Of a stretch of DNA of 64,000 bases, positions 18,467 to 31,045 are shown in pieces. A program made the position numbers and the translations under genes. Within the stretch, counting starts at the first letter, position 1, and each line of letters begins with the position of its first letter. This DNA is from Rubrivivax sp. (GTDB lineage Bacteria > Pseudomonadota > Gammaproteobacteria > Burkholderiales > Burkholderiaceae_C): the NCBI GenBank assembly GCA_016719535.1, contig JADJYX010000011.1, positions 747 to 64,746 of the forward strand. Direction: 5' to 3'. The notes under the pieces are model-generated. The model searched no databases. It worked only from the letters and a program-made list of their open reading frames with translations, and was not told the origin of the DNA.

Positions 18467-19859
18467 CCCGTTCCCCGGGCGGCACCGGCGTGGACTGCGC
18501 CAGCGCGGCCCCCAGCACGGCCACCGGCACCGGCTTGACGGGCGGCTGGCTGCGCAGACGGCCGACCTCGGACAGCGCGCAGCCGGCGGCGTCGGCCAGC
18601 AGCCGCGCCGCGGCGGCGCCGCACATCCGGCCCTGGCAGCGGCCCATGCCGATGCGCGTCAGCGCCTTCAGGCGGTTGAGCTCGTGCGTGCCGGCGTCGC
18701 GCACGCACGCGCGCAGCTCGCCGGCCGTCACCTCCTCGCAGCGGCAGACCACCAGCTCGTCGCCGGTCTGCGCGGCCCAGTCGGCGGGCGGCGGGCTCAG
18801 CACCTCGACGGCGGCGCGGAAGCGCCGATGCGGTCGCTGCGCACGCTCCAGCATGGCGGCGCGTGCGGTGTGCACGGTCTGGCCACGGTCCTGCAGCAGC
18901 GCCAGCGCGGCCCTTTCACCGGCCAGCTCGGCGGCATCGGCGCCGCCGATGCCGGCGCCGTCGCCGGCCAGATAGACGCCGGCCACGCTGCTGCGGCCGG
19001 CGGCGTCGCGGCGCGGCAGCCAGGCCTGGTCCAGCTCGTCCCAGTCGAAGGCGCAGCCGGCCAGGTCGGCCAGTTGCGTCTCGCTGCGCAGGCCGTGGCC
19101 GAAGGCGACGGCGTCGCAGTCGGTGACGTGGTCCGTTGTGCCCTGCCGCCAGTGCAGGCGCTGAACGCGGCCATCGCCTTCGGCACGCCGCAGCTGCACG
19201 CCGCGCCGCACCGGCACGCCGGCCAGCCGCAGCTGCGCCAGGTAGAGCGCCCCCTTGGCGGCCATGGCTGGGCGCGCCAGCAGGCCCGGCAGCGCGCGCC
19301 GCGGGGCGTCGGGCGGCGCGGCGTCCAGTACCGCCAGCAGCTGCGCACCGGCCTTCAGGTATTGCCAGGCCACCAGGTAGAGCAGCGGCCCGCCACCGGC
19401 CAGCACCACGCGCGGGCCGATCAGCGTGGCCTGGGCCTTCAGCGCGATCTGCGCGGCGCCGAGCGTGAAGACGCCCGGCAGCGTCCAGCCGGGGAAGGGC
19501 AGCACGCGCTCGGCGGCGCCGGTGGCCAGGATCAGCGCGTCGACGCGCAGCGTGTCGGCACGGCCGTGTTGCAGCAGGTGCAGCGTGCGGTCTTCGATCT
19601 GCCACACCAGCGTGTCGGGGCGATGGTCGATGCGGCCCTGCAGCGCGGCGAAGCGGTCGAAGAGGGCCTGCGCCTTGCCGGCCTCGAACCCGTACAGCGC
19701 CGACGGCGGGCGCTGGCGCGGGACCGGCGGCTGACGGTAGACCTGGCCGCCGATGCGCGGCGCCTCGTCGATCAGCACCGGGCGCAGGCCGGCGTCGGCC
19801 AGCGTGGCGGCGGCGCGCAGGCCGGCGGGGCCGGCACCGACGATGGCCACGGTGCTCAT
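18459..19859 (-). CDS. FAD/NAD(P)-binding oxidoreductase with BFD-like Fe-S domain (OoxA/HcnB family)
   Basis: IVGAGPAG, LATGAAER, GWTLPGV, CRCEEV and TRIGMGRCQGRMC motifs. Confidence 0.9.
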   Translation of the reverse strand: MSTVAIVGAGPAGLRAAATLADAGLRPVLIDEAPRIGGQVYRQPPVPRQRPPSALYGFEAGKAQALFDRFAALQGRIDHRPDTLVWQIEDRTLHLLQHGRADTLRVDALILATGAAERVLPFPGWTLPGVFTLGAAQIALKAQATLIGPRVVLAGGGPLLYLVAWQYLKAGAQLLAVLDAAPPDAPRRALPGLLARPAMAAKGALYLAQLRLAGVPVRRGVQLRRAEGDGRVQRLHWRQGTTDHVTDCDAVAFGHGLRSETQLADLAGCAFDWDELDQAWLPRRDAAGRSSVAGVYLAGDGAGIGGADAAELAGERAALALLQDRGQTVHTARAAMLERAQRPHRRFRAAVEVLSPPPADWAAQTGDELVVCRCEEVTAGELRACVRDAGTHELNRLKALTRIGMGRCQGRMCGAAAARLLADAAGCALSEVGRLRSQPPVKPVPVAVLGAALAQSTPVPPGERDD

Positions 19860-20149
19860 GCCGGCCGCCCCGTCAGCAACTGCATGCCCGCTTCCAGCGG
19901 CGTGCTGCACCCGCGCAGGCGGCGGCCGTCGGCCAGGCTCATCCAGCAGTCCTGGCAGGCGCCCATCAGGCAGAAGCCGGCGCGCGGGCTGGCGCTGAAT
20001 TCGGTGTGGCGCAAGCGGTCGCCCTGCGCCAGCACGGCGGTCAGCACGGTGTCGCCGTCGACGCCGGTGCAGGCCACGCCGTCGAGCGTGAAGGGCAGCG
20101 GCCTGCCTGGCGAACCGGCCAGTCGCACGAGCAGCGGTCGGGTCGTCAT
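19856..20149 (-). CDS. Small 2Fe-2S subunit (HcnA/OoxC-like)
   Basis: C-terminal part of ORF 19856..20977: MTTRPLL...GFCLMGACQDC...GC; overlaps both neighbours by 4 nt. Confidence 0.88.
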   Translation of the reverse strand: MTTRPLLVRLAGSPGRPLPFTLDGVACTGVDGDTVLTAVLAQGDRLRHTEFSASPRAGFCLMGACQDCWMSLADGRRLRGCSTPLEAGMQLLTGRPA

Positions 20150-20937
20150 CGCTGCCCCACCAGCACCTTGTCCAGGCCGTACAGCCGGTCCAGCAGCAGC
20201 ATCACCACCGCGGTCAGGCCGACGATGAGTGCCGACACCGCGGCCATCATGGGGTCGATCGACTCGGTGGCCAGCATGTACATGCGCACCGGCAGCGTCA
20301 CCGTCTGCGGGCTGGTGATGAAGATCGACATCGTCACCTCGTCGAAGCTGTTGATGAAGGCCAGCATCCAGCCGCCGGTGATGCCGGGCAGCATCAGCGG
20401 CAGCGTCACGCGGCGGAAGGCTGTCCAGTGGCTGGCGCCCAGCGACAGCGCGGCCTGCTCGATGCTGCGGTCGGCCCCCGTGAGTGCCGCCACCATCAGC
20501 CGCAGCGCATAGGGCGTGACGATGACCACGTGGGCCAGCGTCAGCCACAGCGCCGAGCCGCGCACCTCGAGCAGCGCAAACAGCCGCAGCATGGCCACGC
20601 CCAGCACCAGGTGCGGCACGATCAGCGGGCTCATCAGGAGGCCGTTGAGCGCCTGGCGGCCGGGAAACTCGTGCCGCGCGATGGCCAGCGCCGCCGGCAC
20701 CGCCAGCACCACCGCCAGCGTGGCCGACAGCGTGGCCACGAACAGGCTGTTCCAGAAGCTCTGCACCAGGTCGCCATGCGCGAACACGGCGCGGAACCAG
20801 CGCAGCGAATAGTCGCCCCAGGGCACCTGCAGCGTATCGGCCGGCGTGAAGGCCACGAGGCACACCACCACCAGCGGCGCCAGCATGAAGGCCACCACCA
20901 GGGCGTTGAAAGCGAGCGCGACGAGGCCGTTCTTCAT
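20146..20937 (-). CDS. ABC transporter permease (PotC-like)
   Basis: MKNGLVALAFNALVVAFMLAP...EQAALSLGAS EAA loop, SFDEV. Confidence 0.92.
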   Translation of the reverse strand: MKNGLVALAFNALVVAFMLAPLVVVCLVAFTPADTLQVPWGDYSLRWFRAVFAHGDLVQSFWNSLFVATLSATLAVVLAVPAALAIARHEFPGRQALNGLLMSPLIVPHLVLGVAMLRLFALLEVRGSALWLTLAHVVIVTPYALRLMVAALTGADRSIEQAALSLGASHWTAFRRVTLPLMLPGITGGWMLAFINSFDEVTMSIFITSPQTVTLPVRMYMLATESIDPMMAAVSALIVGLTAVVMLLLDRLYGLDKVLVGQR

Positions 20938-21785
20938 GCGCCCATGCGCTTTCTGTAGTTGCCTTCCAGGATGGCATTGGTGGCCAGCATCACCACCAGG
21001 TTGACCACCAGCAGCGCCAGCGCGATGGCCGCGCCCAGCGGCCAGTTGAGCTCGTGCAGGTATTCGTCGTAGATCAGCGTGGCGACCATCTTCACGCGCC
21101 GCCCGCCCAGCAGCCCGGGGATGGCCAGCGCGCTGGCGCTGAGCGCGAAGACGATGAGCCCGCCCGACAGCAGGCCCGGCGTGACCTGCGGCAGCACCAC
21201 GCGGCGCAGCACCGTGAAGCGCGAGGCGCCCAGCGACAGCGCGGCATTCTCGACCTGCGGGTCGAGCTTCTGCAGCGAGGTCCAGACCGGGATCACCATG
21301 AAGGGCAGCATCACGTGCACCAGTGCCACCACCACGGCGATGGGCGTATAGAGCATGCGCACGCGGCCGATGCCCACCCATTCGAAGAACTGGTTGACGA
21401 AGCCGGCCGGCCCCAGCACGAGGCTCCAGCCGAAGGCGCGCACCACCACCGAGACCAGCAGCGGCGCCAGGATGACGAGCAGGAAGACCGAGCGCCACGG
21501 CGCGCGCATGCGGCTGAGGATGTAGGCCCTCGGGCGCGCCGATCAGCACGCACAGCAGCGTGGTCAGCAGCGCCACCCAGCCGGTGCGGCCGAAGATCTC
21601 CCAGTAGTAGCTGTCGCCCAGCACGGCGATGTAGGCGGCGAGCGTGAAGCCGCCTTGCACGCCGGTGTCGTGGCTGAAGCGCTGGAACGACAGCGCAGCC
21701 GTCAACGCCAGCGGCAGCAGCACCATCAGGCCGAACAGCGCCAGCGCAGGGGCGCTCAGCGCATAGGGCAGGGCGCGGCCTGACG

Positions 21786-21789
<4 letters not shown>
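20934..21789 (-). CDS. ABC transporter permease (PotB-like), with one frameshift near 21527
   Basis: The N-half ends GAPE; one extra base shifts AYILSRMRAPW... into ORF 20934..21509, which has the ENAALSLGAS EAA loop. Confidence 0.85.
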
Positions 21790-22850
<1,061 letters not shown>

Positions 22851-23002
22851 GCGCTGGGGGCTCCGGTGTCGAGGCAGTGTCGAGGTGGACTCGAATCGGC
22901 GTCAAGACGGTAAACCCACGGATCGGAATGAACTTGCATCAAAACCCGAATGATGGAAAAGTAAGCCGACAAAAATTGATATTCATTCCACCCATCAACA
23001 TC

Positions 23003-23830
23003 ATGGCCGGTGACGAAAGTTCGATTTCCAGCCTCCACCGGGCCGTGCAGGTGCTGCGCACGCTGGCCGCCGGTGCGGCCGAAGGCGGCCAGCGCGTCAG
23101 CGACCTCGGCAAGGCGCTGGGCTATACGCAGGCCACCACGCACCGGCTGCTGCAGCAGCTGGTCGACGAAGGCCTGGTCGAGCAGGACGCTGCCAGCAGG
23201 CGCTATGCGCTGAGTCTGGATTTCTTTGCCCTGGCCGCGCGCGCCGGCGAAGCCGGCGGCCTGCGCGAGCGCTGCCGTCCGGCGCTGCTGCGCCTGGGCG
23301 CGTCGCTGGGCGACAGCGTCTTCCTGCTCGTGCGCGCCGGCTTCGACGCCCTGTGCCTGGACCGCTGGGAAGGGCCGTTTCCGATCCGCAGCTTCACCGG
23401 CGACATCGGCGGGCGCGTGCCGCTGGGCATCGGCCAGGGCAGCATGGCCATCCTGGCCCACCTGCCCGAGGCCGAACGCGAGGAGGTCATCCGCCACAAC
23501 GTGCCGCGGCTCACAGGCATGGGCATGGTCGACGGCGTCTTCCTGCGCACCGAGGCCGCGCGCGTGCACCGCCAGGGCTTTGCGGCCACCAGCAACGGGC
23601 TGATCGAGGGCATGGCCGGCGTCGGCGTGCCGGTCTTCGACGCCGGCGGCCGCGTGGTGGCCGCGCTGAGCATCGGCACGCTGACGGCGCGGCTCGAAGG
23701 CGAGCGGCTGCCGGTGGTGGTGGAACTGCTGCAGCGCGAGGCGCGCGCGCTGTCGGCGCTGATCAACCCCTTCGACCGCGCGCTGCGGCGGCCGGCCGAG
23801 GCGCTGGGCGGCTCGGGCCGGGGGGCTTGA
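23003..23830 (+). CDS. IclR family transcriptional regulator
   Basis: SLHRAVQVL HTH, ATTHRLL, GGRVPLGIGQG, GVGVPV; divergent from the ABC/oxidase operon. Confidence 0.92.
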   Translation: MAGDESSISSLHRAVQVLRTLAAGAAEGGQRVSDLGKALGYTQATTHRLLQQLVDEGLVEQDAASRRYALSLDFFALAARAGEAGGLRERCRPALLRLGASLGDSVFLLVRAGFDALCLDRWEGPFPIRSFTGDIGGRVPLGIGQGSMAILAHLPEAEREEVIRHNVPRLTGMGMVDGVFLRTEAARVHRQGFAATSNGLIEGMAGVGVPVFDAGGRVVAALSIGTLTARLEGERLPVVVELLQREARALSALINPFDRALRRPAEALGGSGRGA

Positions 23831-23855
23831 AGCTCAGCGGGTCAGCCGCAGCCGC

Positions 23856-23926
23856 GCCGCCTGCCGATCAGCGCAGGCGCAGGCGTGCCGCCTGCCGATC
23901 AACGAAGGCGCAGGCGTGCCGCCTGC
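23856..23926. repeat. 31-bp tandem duplication of the hisD 3' end (about 2.3 copies)
   Basis: GCCGCCTGCCGATCAGCGCAGGCGCAGGCGT at 23856 and GCCGCCTGCCGATCAACGAAGGCGCAGGCGT at 23887, then partial GCCGCCTGC. Confidence 0.85.
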
Positions 23927-25209
23927 GCGTGCGCCGGCAGCCCTTCGCCATCGGCCAGTTCGGCGGCGATCGGCCCCAGCACCTGCGCGCCGGCCTGGCT
24001 GACCTCGATCAGGCTGCTGCGCTTGACGAAGTCGTAGACGCCCAGCGGTGACGAGAAGCGCGCCGTGCCCGAGGTCGGCAGCACGTGGTTGGGGCCGGCG
24101 CAGTAGTCACCCAGGCTCTCGCTGGTGAAGGCGCCGAGGAAGATGGCGCCGGCGTGCCGGAGCAGCGGCTCCCAGCGGTGCGGGTCCGCGCTGCTCACTT
24201 CCAGGTGCTCGGGCGCGATGCGGTTGCTGATGGCGCAGGCCTCTTCCATGCTGCGCGTGTGGATCAGCGCGCCGCGGCCTTCCAGGCTGGCGCGGATGAC
24301 CTTCGCGCGCGGCATCGTGGGCAGCAGGCGTTCGATGGCTTGGCGCACGCGGTCGATGTAGTCGCGGTCGGGGCACAGCAGGATGCTCTGCGCCAGCTCG
24401 TCGTGCTCGGCCTGGCTGAAGAGGTCCATCGCCACCCAGTCGGGCGGCGTGCTGCCGTCGGCCAGCACCAGGATCTCGCTCGGCCCCGCGATCATGTCGA
24501 TGCCCACCTGCCCGAAGACGCGCCGCTTGGCGCTGGCCACGTAGGCGTTGCCGGGGCCGGTGATCTTGTCGACGCGCGGCACCGTGGCCGTGCCGTAGGC
24601 GAGCGCCGCCACGGCCTGCGCGCCGCCGATGGTGAAGACGCGGCCGGCGCCGGCCACATGGGCGGCTGCCAGCACCAGCGGGTTGCGCTCGCCGCCGGGC
24701 GTGGGCACCACCATCACGATCTCGGCCACGCCGGCCACCTGCGCAGGGATGGCATTCATCAGCACGCTCGACGGATAGGCCGCCTTGCCGCCGGGCACGT
24801 AGATGCCCACGCGATCCAGCGGCGTGACCTTCTGGCCCAGCAGCGTGCCGTCGGCGTCGCGGTACTGCCAGCTGCGGCAGCAGGCGTCGAGCTGGCGCTG
24901 GTGGTAGTCGCGCACACGCGCCGCGGCCTGCTCCAGCGCCGCGCGCTGCGCCGGCGTGATGCGGCCCAGCGCGGCGCGCAGCTCGTCGGCGCCGATCTCC
25001 AGCGCCGCCATCGAATCGGCCTGCAGGCCGTCGAAGCGCGCGGTGAGTTCCAGCACGGCGGCATCACCGCGCGTGCGCACGTCGTCGATGATCTGCGCCA
25101 CGCGGCCTTCGATGGCGGCATCGGTCTCGGCCGACCAGTGCAGCACGCGCTGGAATTCGGCCTCGAAACCGGTGTCGCTGGTGGCCAGGCCGCGCAGGTC
25201 GAGCGTCAT
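23899..25209 (-). CDS. hisD: Histidinol dehydrogenase
   Basis: [34 protein letters not shown] and [13 protein letters not shown] motifs. Confidence 0.97.
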   Translation of the reverse strand: MTLDLRGLATSDTGFEAEFQRVLHWSAETDAAIEGRVAQIIDDVRTRGDAAVLELTARFDGLQADSMAALEIGADELRAALGRITPAQRAALEQAAARVRDYHQRQLDACCRSWQYRDADGTLLGQKVTPLDRVGIYVPGGKAAYPSSVLMNAIPAQVAGVAEIVMVVPTPGGERNPLVLAAAHVAGAGRVFTIGGAQAVAALAYGTATVPRVDKITGPGNAYVASAKRRVFGQVGIDMIAGPSEILVLADGSTPPDWVAMDLFSQAEHDELAQSILLCPDRDYIDRVRQAIERLLPTMPRAKVIRASLEGRGALIHTRSMEEACAISNRIAPEHLEVSSADPHRWEPLLRHAGAIFLGAFTSESLGDYCAGPNHVLPTSGTARFSSPLGVYDFVKRSSLIEVSQAGAQVLGPIAAELADGEGLPAHAQAARLRLR

Positions 25210-25853
25210 GATGCCTGTGCCGCGACGGCCTGCCCGAAGGCGTCGATGAGCGCGCGGATGGGTTCGCGCTTGAGCTTGAGCGCGGCCTGGTTGACAACCA
25301 GCCGCGCCGAGATGTCCATGATCTGCTCCACCTCGACCAGGTGGTTGGCCTTGAGCGTGCTGCCGGTGGACACCAGGTCGACGATGGCATCGGCCAGGCC
25401 CGTCAGCGGGGCGAGCTCCATGCTGCCGTAGAGCTTGATCAGGTCCACGTGCACGCCCTTGGCGGCAAAGTGGTCGCGCGCCAGCTGGGTGTATTTGGTG
25501 GCCACGCGGATGCGCGAGCCCTGGCGCACCGCGGCGGCGTAGTCGAAATCGGCACGCGTGGCCACGCTCAGCCGGCAGCGCGCGATCTTCAGGTCCAGCG
25601 GGCGGTACAGGCCGTGGCTGTCGTGTTCCAGCAGCACGTCCAGCCCGGCCACGCCGAGGTCGGCGCCGCCCTGCTGCACGTAGGTGGGCACGTCGCTGGC
25701 ACGCACCAGCACCACGCGCACGTCGGCACGGCTGGTGCCGATGATGAGCTTGCGGCTCTTCTCGGGGTCTTCCAGCACCTCGATGCCGGCGGCGCGCAGC
25801 AGCGGCATCGAGTCGTCGAAGATGCGCCCCTTGCTGAGCGCGAGCGTGATCAT
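25206..25853 (-). CDS. hisG: ATP phosphoribosyltransferase (short form)
   Basis: [41 protein letters not shown]. Confidence 0.97.
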   Translation of the reverse strand: MITLALSKGRIFDDSMPLLRAAGIEVLEDPEKSRKLIIGTSRADVRVVLVRASDVPTYVQQGGADLGVAGLDVLLEHDSHGLYRPLDLKIARCRLSVATRADFDYAAAVRQGSRIRVATKYTQLARDHFAAKGVHVDLIKLYGSMELAPLTGLADAIVDLVSTGSTLKANHLVEVEQIMDISARLVVNQAALKLKREPIRALIDAFGQAVAAQAS

Positions 25854-26098
25854 GGTGCCGACGCTGCAAACTCCGCTGGCGTCAGCGTCTTCATCGACAG
25901 CGCGTGGATCTCCTCGCGCATGCGCTCGCCCAGGGCGGCATAGACGCGCTGGTGGCGGCGCACGCGCGGCAGGCCTTCGAATTCGGCCGAGACGATGGTG
26001 GCGAAGAAATGCCGGCCGTCACCTTCCACCTCGAGGTGGCTGCAGTCCAGGCCGGCGGCGATGTAGTCGCGCACCAGTTGCGGGGTCGGTTCGCTCAC
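25850..26098 (-). CDS. BolA family protein (IbaG/YrbA-like)
   Basis: [25 protein letters not shown]. Confidence 0.92.
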   Translation of the reverse strand: MSEPTPQLVRDYIAAGLDCSHLEVEGDGRHFFATIVSAEFEGLPRVRRHQRVYAALGERMREEIHALSMKTLTPAEFAASAP

Positions 26099-26101
26099 GG
26101 C

Positions 26102-26716
26102 TCAGCCCAGTTCCTTCTGATTGACCACCACGCGCGACGCGATGCCGTAGGCGATGGCCTCGTCGGCCGTCATCCAGTAGTCGCGTTCCATGTCGGCGCG
26201 CACCTTCTCGGCCGACTGGCCGGTCTCGGTGGCGATGACGCGGGCCATGCGCTCGCGCGTCTTGATGATCTCCTTGGCCATGATCGCGATGTCGGTGGCG
26301 CGGCCGCCGGCGCCGCCCGCGGGCTGGTGGATCATGAAGCGCGTATTGGGCAGGCACACGCGGCGTTCCCTGGGCGCGGCCAGGAAGATGTGCGTGGCGG
26401 CGCTGGCCACCCAGCCGGTGCCGATGCAGGTGACCGGCGCGCGCACGAAGCGGATCATGTCGTGCACCGCATCGCCCGATTCGACATGGCCGCCGGGGCT
26501 GGAGATCAGCATCTGGATCGGCGCGTCGCTGTCCTGCGCCAGCAGGATCAGCCGTTCGCACACCTGGCGCGCCAGCTTGTCGTCGATCTCGCCGAAGACC
26601 AGCACGAAGCGCGACTTGAAGGCGAGCTGTTCGGCCAGGCCCGACGGTTTGTCGTTCTTGTCGGCTTTCGACGGCTTGTCGTCGGACGCGGCTTGAAAGG
26701 CTGGGAAGGGGGTCAT
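26102..26716 (-). CDS. clpP: ATP-dependent Clp protease proteolytic subunit (divergent paralog)
   Basis: ISSPGGHVESG (Ser), FMIHQP (His), ERDYWMTADEA (Asp). Confidence 0.9.
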   Translation of the reverse strand: MTPFPAFQAASDDKPSKADKNDKPSGLAEQLAFKSRFVLVFGEIDDKLARQVCERLILLAQDSDAPIQMLISSPGGHVESGDAVHDMIRFVRAPVTCIGTGWVASAATHIFLAAPRERRVCLPNTRFMIHQPAGGAGGRATDIAIMAKEIIKTRERMARVIATETGQSAEKVRADMERDYWMTADEAIAYGIASRVVVNQKELG

Positions 26717-26762
26717 CGGATGGGCTCCTGCGAACCCGGGATTCTCGCTCAAGCGCTGGCGG

Positions 26763-27689
26763 TCACCGGCCGGTGTGGGCGATGCGCCCGCACAGGTAGG
26801 TCCAGACGAAGTGCGCGGCGGCCAGGCTGGTGAGTTCGGCATGATCGTAGGCCGGCGCGACCTCGACGCAGTCCATGCCGGCGAAGGGCAGGTCGGCCAG
26901 TTCCTCCAGCAGCGTCAGCACCTGGTCGGTGGCCAGGCCGCCGGGCTCGGGCGTGCCGGTGCCGGGGGCGAAGGCGGGGTCCAGGCAGTCGATGTCCAGG
27001 CTCAGGTAGACCGGCGGCCGGCCCAGCGCGTCCATGCGCTCGCGCACCGCAGCAGTCACCGGCGCCAGCTGCGCCGGGCTGTGCAGGCCACGCAGGTCGC
27101 GTGCGGTGAAGATCTGGCCGCCCCGGTCGCGCACATGGTCGCGTGCGGCGCGCGCAGCGGCCGAGCGGATGCCGAACTGCACCACGCCCTGCGGCAGCAC
27201 CAGGCCTTCCTGCAGGGCTTCGTAGACCCAGGTGCCGTGGCCGCTGGGCTCGCCGAAGTGGTCCTCCCAGGTGTCGCAGTGGGCGTCGAAGTGCAGCAGC
27301 GCCAGGGGCCGGCCCAGCCGGGCGCGGTATTCGCGCAGCAGCGGCAGCGTGATCGAGTGGTCGCCGCCCAGCCACACCAGATGCTGCCCCGTCGCCAGCA
27401 GGCGCCGCACCTGCGGCTGCAGCGCGGCGCGCATCGCATCCAGCGCCGTATTGGGCAGCGGCAGGTCGCCGTGGTCCTGCAGCAGGCCCAGCGGCGTGGT
27501 GTCGAAATGCGGGTGCACGCCGTCGCACAGCATGGCGCTGGCGGCGCGGATGGCCCTCGGCCCGAAGCGCGCGCCGGGGCGGTTGGTGACGGCGCCGTCC
27601 CAGGCGACGCCGGCCAGGCCGTAGGGTGCGTCGGCACCGGCGGGTGACTTCAGAAAGCGCGCGTCGCCGAGAAAGGCAAAGTTCGACAT
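26763..27689 (-). CDS. speB: Agmatinase / ureohydrolase
   Basis: GGDHSI, FDAHCD and DIDCLDPAFAPGTGTPEPGG motifs. Confidence 0.88.
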   Translation of the reverse strand: MSNFAFLGDARFLKSPAGADAPYGLAGVAWDGAVTNRPGARFGPRAIRAASAMLCDGVHPHFDTTPLGLLQDHGDLPLPNTALDAMRAALQPQVRRLLATGQHLVWLGGDHSITLPLLREYRARLGRPLALLHFDAHCDTWEDHFGEPSGHGTWVYEALQEGLVLPQGVVQFGIRSAAARAARDHVRDRGGQIFTARDLRGLHSPAQLAPVTAAVRERMDALGRPPVYLSLDIDCLDPAFAPGTGTPEPGGLATDQVLTLLEELADLPFAGMDCVEVAPAYDHAELTSLAAAHFVWTYLCGRIAHTGR

Positions 27690-27704
27690 CGTCCGGTCGC
27701 CGGA

Positions 27705-28468
27705 TCAGGCCCGCAGCTTGTAGCCGCGGCGCAGCAGTTCCAGCGTCAGCCCCGTCACCAGCAGGAACGCGCTGCCGACGATGCCCAGGCTCAGCCAGGG
27801 CGAGACGTCGCTGTGCCCGAAGAAGCCGCGCCGGAAGCCGTCGATCAGGTAGAAGAAGGGGTTGAGGTGGCTCACCGCCTGCCACAGCCCCGGCAGCGAC
27901 TGGACCGAATAGAAGACGCCCGACAGGAAGGTCAGCGGCATGATGATGAAATTCTGGAAGGCGGCGATCTGGTCGAACTTCTCCGCCCACAAGCCGGCGA
28001 TGAGGCCCAGCGACCCCAGCATGCCGGCGCCCAGCGCGGCAAAGACCAGGATCCACCCGGGCTCGGCCAGGTGCAACGGCGCAAACCACACGGTGACGGC
28101 GAAGACGCCGGTGCCGACCACCAGTCCGCGCACCATCGACGCACCGACATAGGCCGTGAACCAGGCCCAGTGGGACAGCGGCGTGACGAGCAGGAAGACC
28201 AGGTTGCCGGTGATCTTGCTCTGGATCAGCGAACTGCTGCTGTTGGCGAAGCTGTTCTGCAGCACGCTCATCATCACCAGCCCCGGGATCAGGAAGCTCG
28301 TATAGCCCACGCCGGGAAAGACCTCGACCTTGTCCTCGAGCACATGGCCGAAGATCAGCAGGTACAGCACTGCGGTCAGCACCGGTGCGGCCACGGTCTG
28401 CACGCTGACCTTCCAGAAGCGCAGCACCTCCTTGTAGAACAGCGTGCGCGCGCCTTGCAGGCCGGCGC

Positions 28469-28472
<4 letters not shown>
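27705..28472 (-). CDS. ABC-2 type transporter permease (YadH-like)
   Basis: LFYKEVLRFWKV, NSFANSSSSL, LSGVFYS. Confidence 0.93.
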
Positions 28473-29413
<941 letters not shown>

Positions 29414-29498
29414 AAGGACTCGGAGCTCGGGGGCGGGATTGTAGGCAGGCGCCCGTGCCGGCGCCGGTGCCAGAATGAATGGCCGACCGCCGCCGCCC

Positions 29499-30152
29499 AT
29501 GCCCCCGCCGAAGAAGCCCCGCCGCACCGCCGAGCGCATCCTCGAGGTGACGCTGGACCTCTTCAACCGCTTCGGCGAACCCAATGTCAGCACCACGCTG
29601 ATCTCGGCCGAGCTGCGCATCAGCCCGGGCAACCTCTACTACCACTACCCGGCCAAGGACGAGCTGATCAATGCGCTGTTCGACCGCTACGAACACGCGC
29701 TCGACGCGCTGCTGCCGGCGGCCGAGGGCGTCGCCCATGTCGAGGACGCCTGGCTCTTCCTGCACATGCTGTTCGAGCTGGTGTGGCAGCACCGCTTCCT
29801 CTACCGCGACCTGAACGACCTGCTGAGCAAGAACCGCCGGCTGGAAACGCATTTCCAGTCGGTGCTGAAGAACAAGGGCCGCGCCATGCAGCAGCTCATC
29901 GACGGCCTGCAGCGCGGCGGCGCGCTGACGCTCGACGCGCGCGAGGTCGAGCCGCTGGCCACCTCGATGGTGGTGCTGGCGACCTACTGGCAGAGCTATG
30001 AATATGTGCGCGACCCGCGCCACGCGCTCGAGCCCGAACAGGCCGCCGTCTCGCTCAACCGCGGCGCCTTTCACGTGCTGAGCCTGCTGCTGCCGCACCT
30101 GGAGCCGGCCTCGCGCCAGCACCTGCACGAGCTTGCCGGCTCGTACCGCTGA
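29499..30152 (+). CDS. TetR/AcrR family transcriptional regulator
   Basis: TAERIL...GEPNVST...ISPGNLYYHY HTH. Confidence 0.92.
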   Translation: MPPPKKPRRTAERILEVTLDLFNRFGEPNVSTTLISAELRISPGNLYYHYPAKDELINALFDRYEHALDALLPAAEGVAHVEDAWLFLHMLFELVWQHRFLYRDLNDLLSKNRRLETHFQSVLKNKGRAMQQLIDGLQRGGALTLDAREVEPLATSMVVLATYWQSYEYVRDPRHALEPEQAAVSLNRGAFHVLSLLLPHLEPASRQHLHELAGSYR

Positions 30153-30186
30153 CGCGCCCCCCTACCCACCCGACGAGGAGACCTGC

Positions 30187-30972
30187 ATGGCCAAGTGGAC
30201 CGCCTTCCCCTACGACAGTGCCGACTACACCTACGGCGCTGCCGCGCTCAAGAAGCAGTGGGCGCGGCTGCATGCCGGCGACGCCGAGCCCTTGCCGAAG
30301 GACGATGCGGTGCTCGCCGCGTGGACGCTGTTTCACGCCGGCGACTTCCAGAAGGCCTGCGAGGCCGGGCTGAAGGCCGCGTCGTCCGGAAGCCCGGCCG
30401 GCATCACGGTGGCCAACAAGGCGCAGTGCATCTACGCCAACTACCTGGAAAAGAGCGAGAAGAACAAGCTGGCGATGTTTCTCGAGGCCGCCGAGCGCGC
30501 CGAAGGCCAGCAGGCGTCCGAACCGAAGAATGCCAACGCGCACTACTGGCAGGCCTATGCGCTGGGCCGCTACAGCCAGGGCATCAGCGTGACCAAGGCG
30601 CTGGCGCAGGGCCTGGGTGGCAAGGTCAAGTCGGCGCTGGAGACCACCATCAAGCTCGCACCCCGGCACGCCGACGCCCACATCGCGCTGGGCAGCTTCC
30701 ATGCCGAGGTGATCGACAAGGTCGGCAAGCTGCTGGGCCGGACGCAGGGCGCCGACGCCGCCACCGGCCTCAAGATGTTCAAGAAGGCGCTCGAGCTCAA
30801 CCCCACGAGCGCGATCGCGATGATCGAATATGCCAACGGCCTGGTGATGCTCGAGGGCGACAAGAAGATGAAGGATGCCGAGAAGCTCTATGCCGAGGCT
30901 GCGGCCTGCATGCCGCTGGATGCGATGGAGCGGCTCGATGTCGAGATGGCCAAGGCCGAACTCGAGGACTGA
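30187..30972 (+). CDS. Conserved hypothetical helical-repeat (TPR-like) protein
   Basis: GAGGAG RBS; strong GC3 codon bias; NAHYWQAYALGRYSQG and ALELNP TPR-like segments. Confidence 0.75.
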   Translation: MAKWTAFPYDSADYTYGAAALKKQWARLHAGDAEPLPKDDAVLAAWTLFHAGDFQKACEAGLKAASSGSPAGITVANKAQCIYANYLEKSEKNKLAMFLEAAERAEGQQASEPKNANAHYWQAYALGRYSQGISVTKALAQGLGGKVKSALETTIKLAPRHADAHIALGSFHAEVIDKVGKLLGRTQGADAATGLKMFKKALELNPTSAIAMIEYANGLVMLEGDKKMKDAEKLYAEAAACMPLDAMERLDVEMAKAELED

Positions 30973-31045
30973 CGCGGACGGCCGCCAAGGCCCCGCGCCG
31001 GCCGGTGTCATCGAAGATGCATTGGTGCAAATGTAAAATGCGCCG

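Noticed and set aside
17327-20149. Hydrogen cyanide synthase hcnABC
   Set aside because: The same subunit families occur in opine and D-amino-acid dehydrogenases; embedding in an ABC import operon favours catabolism.
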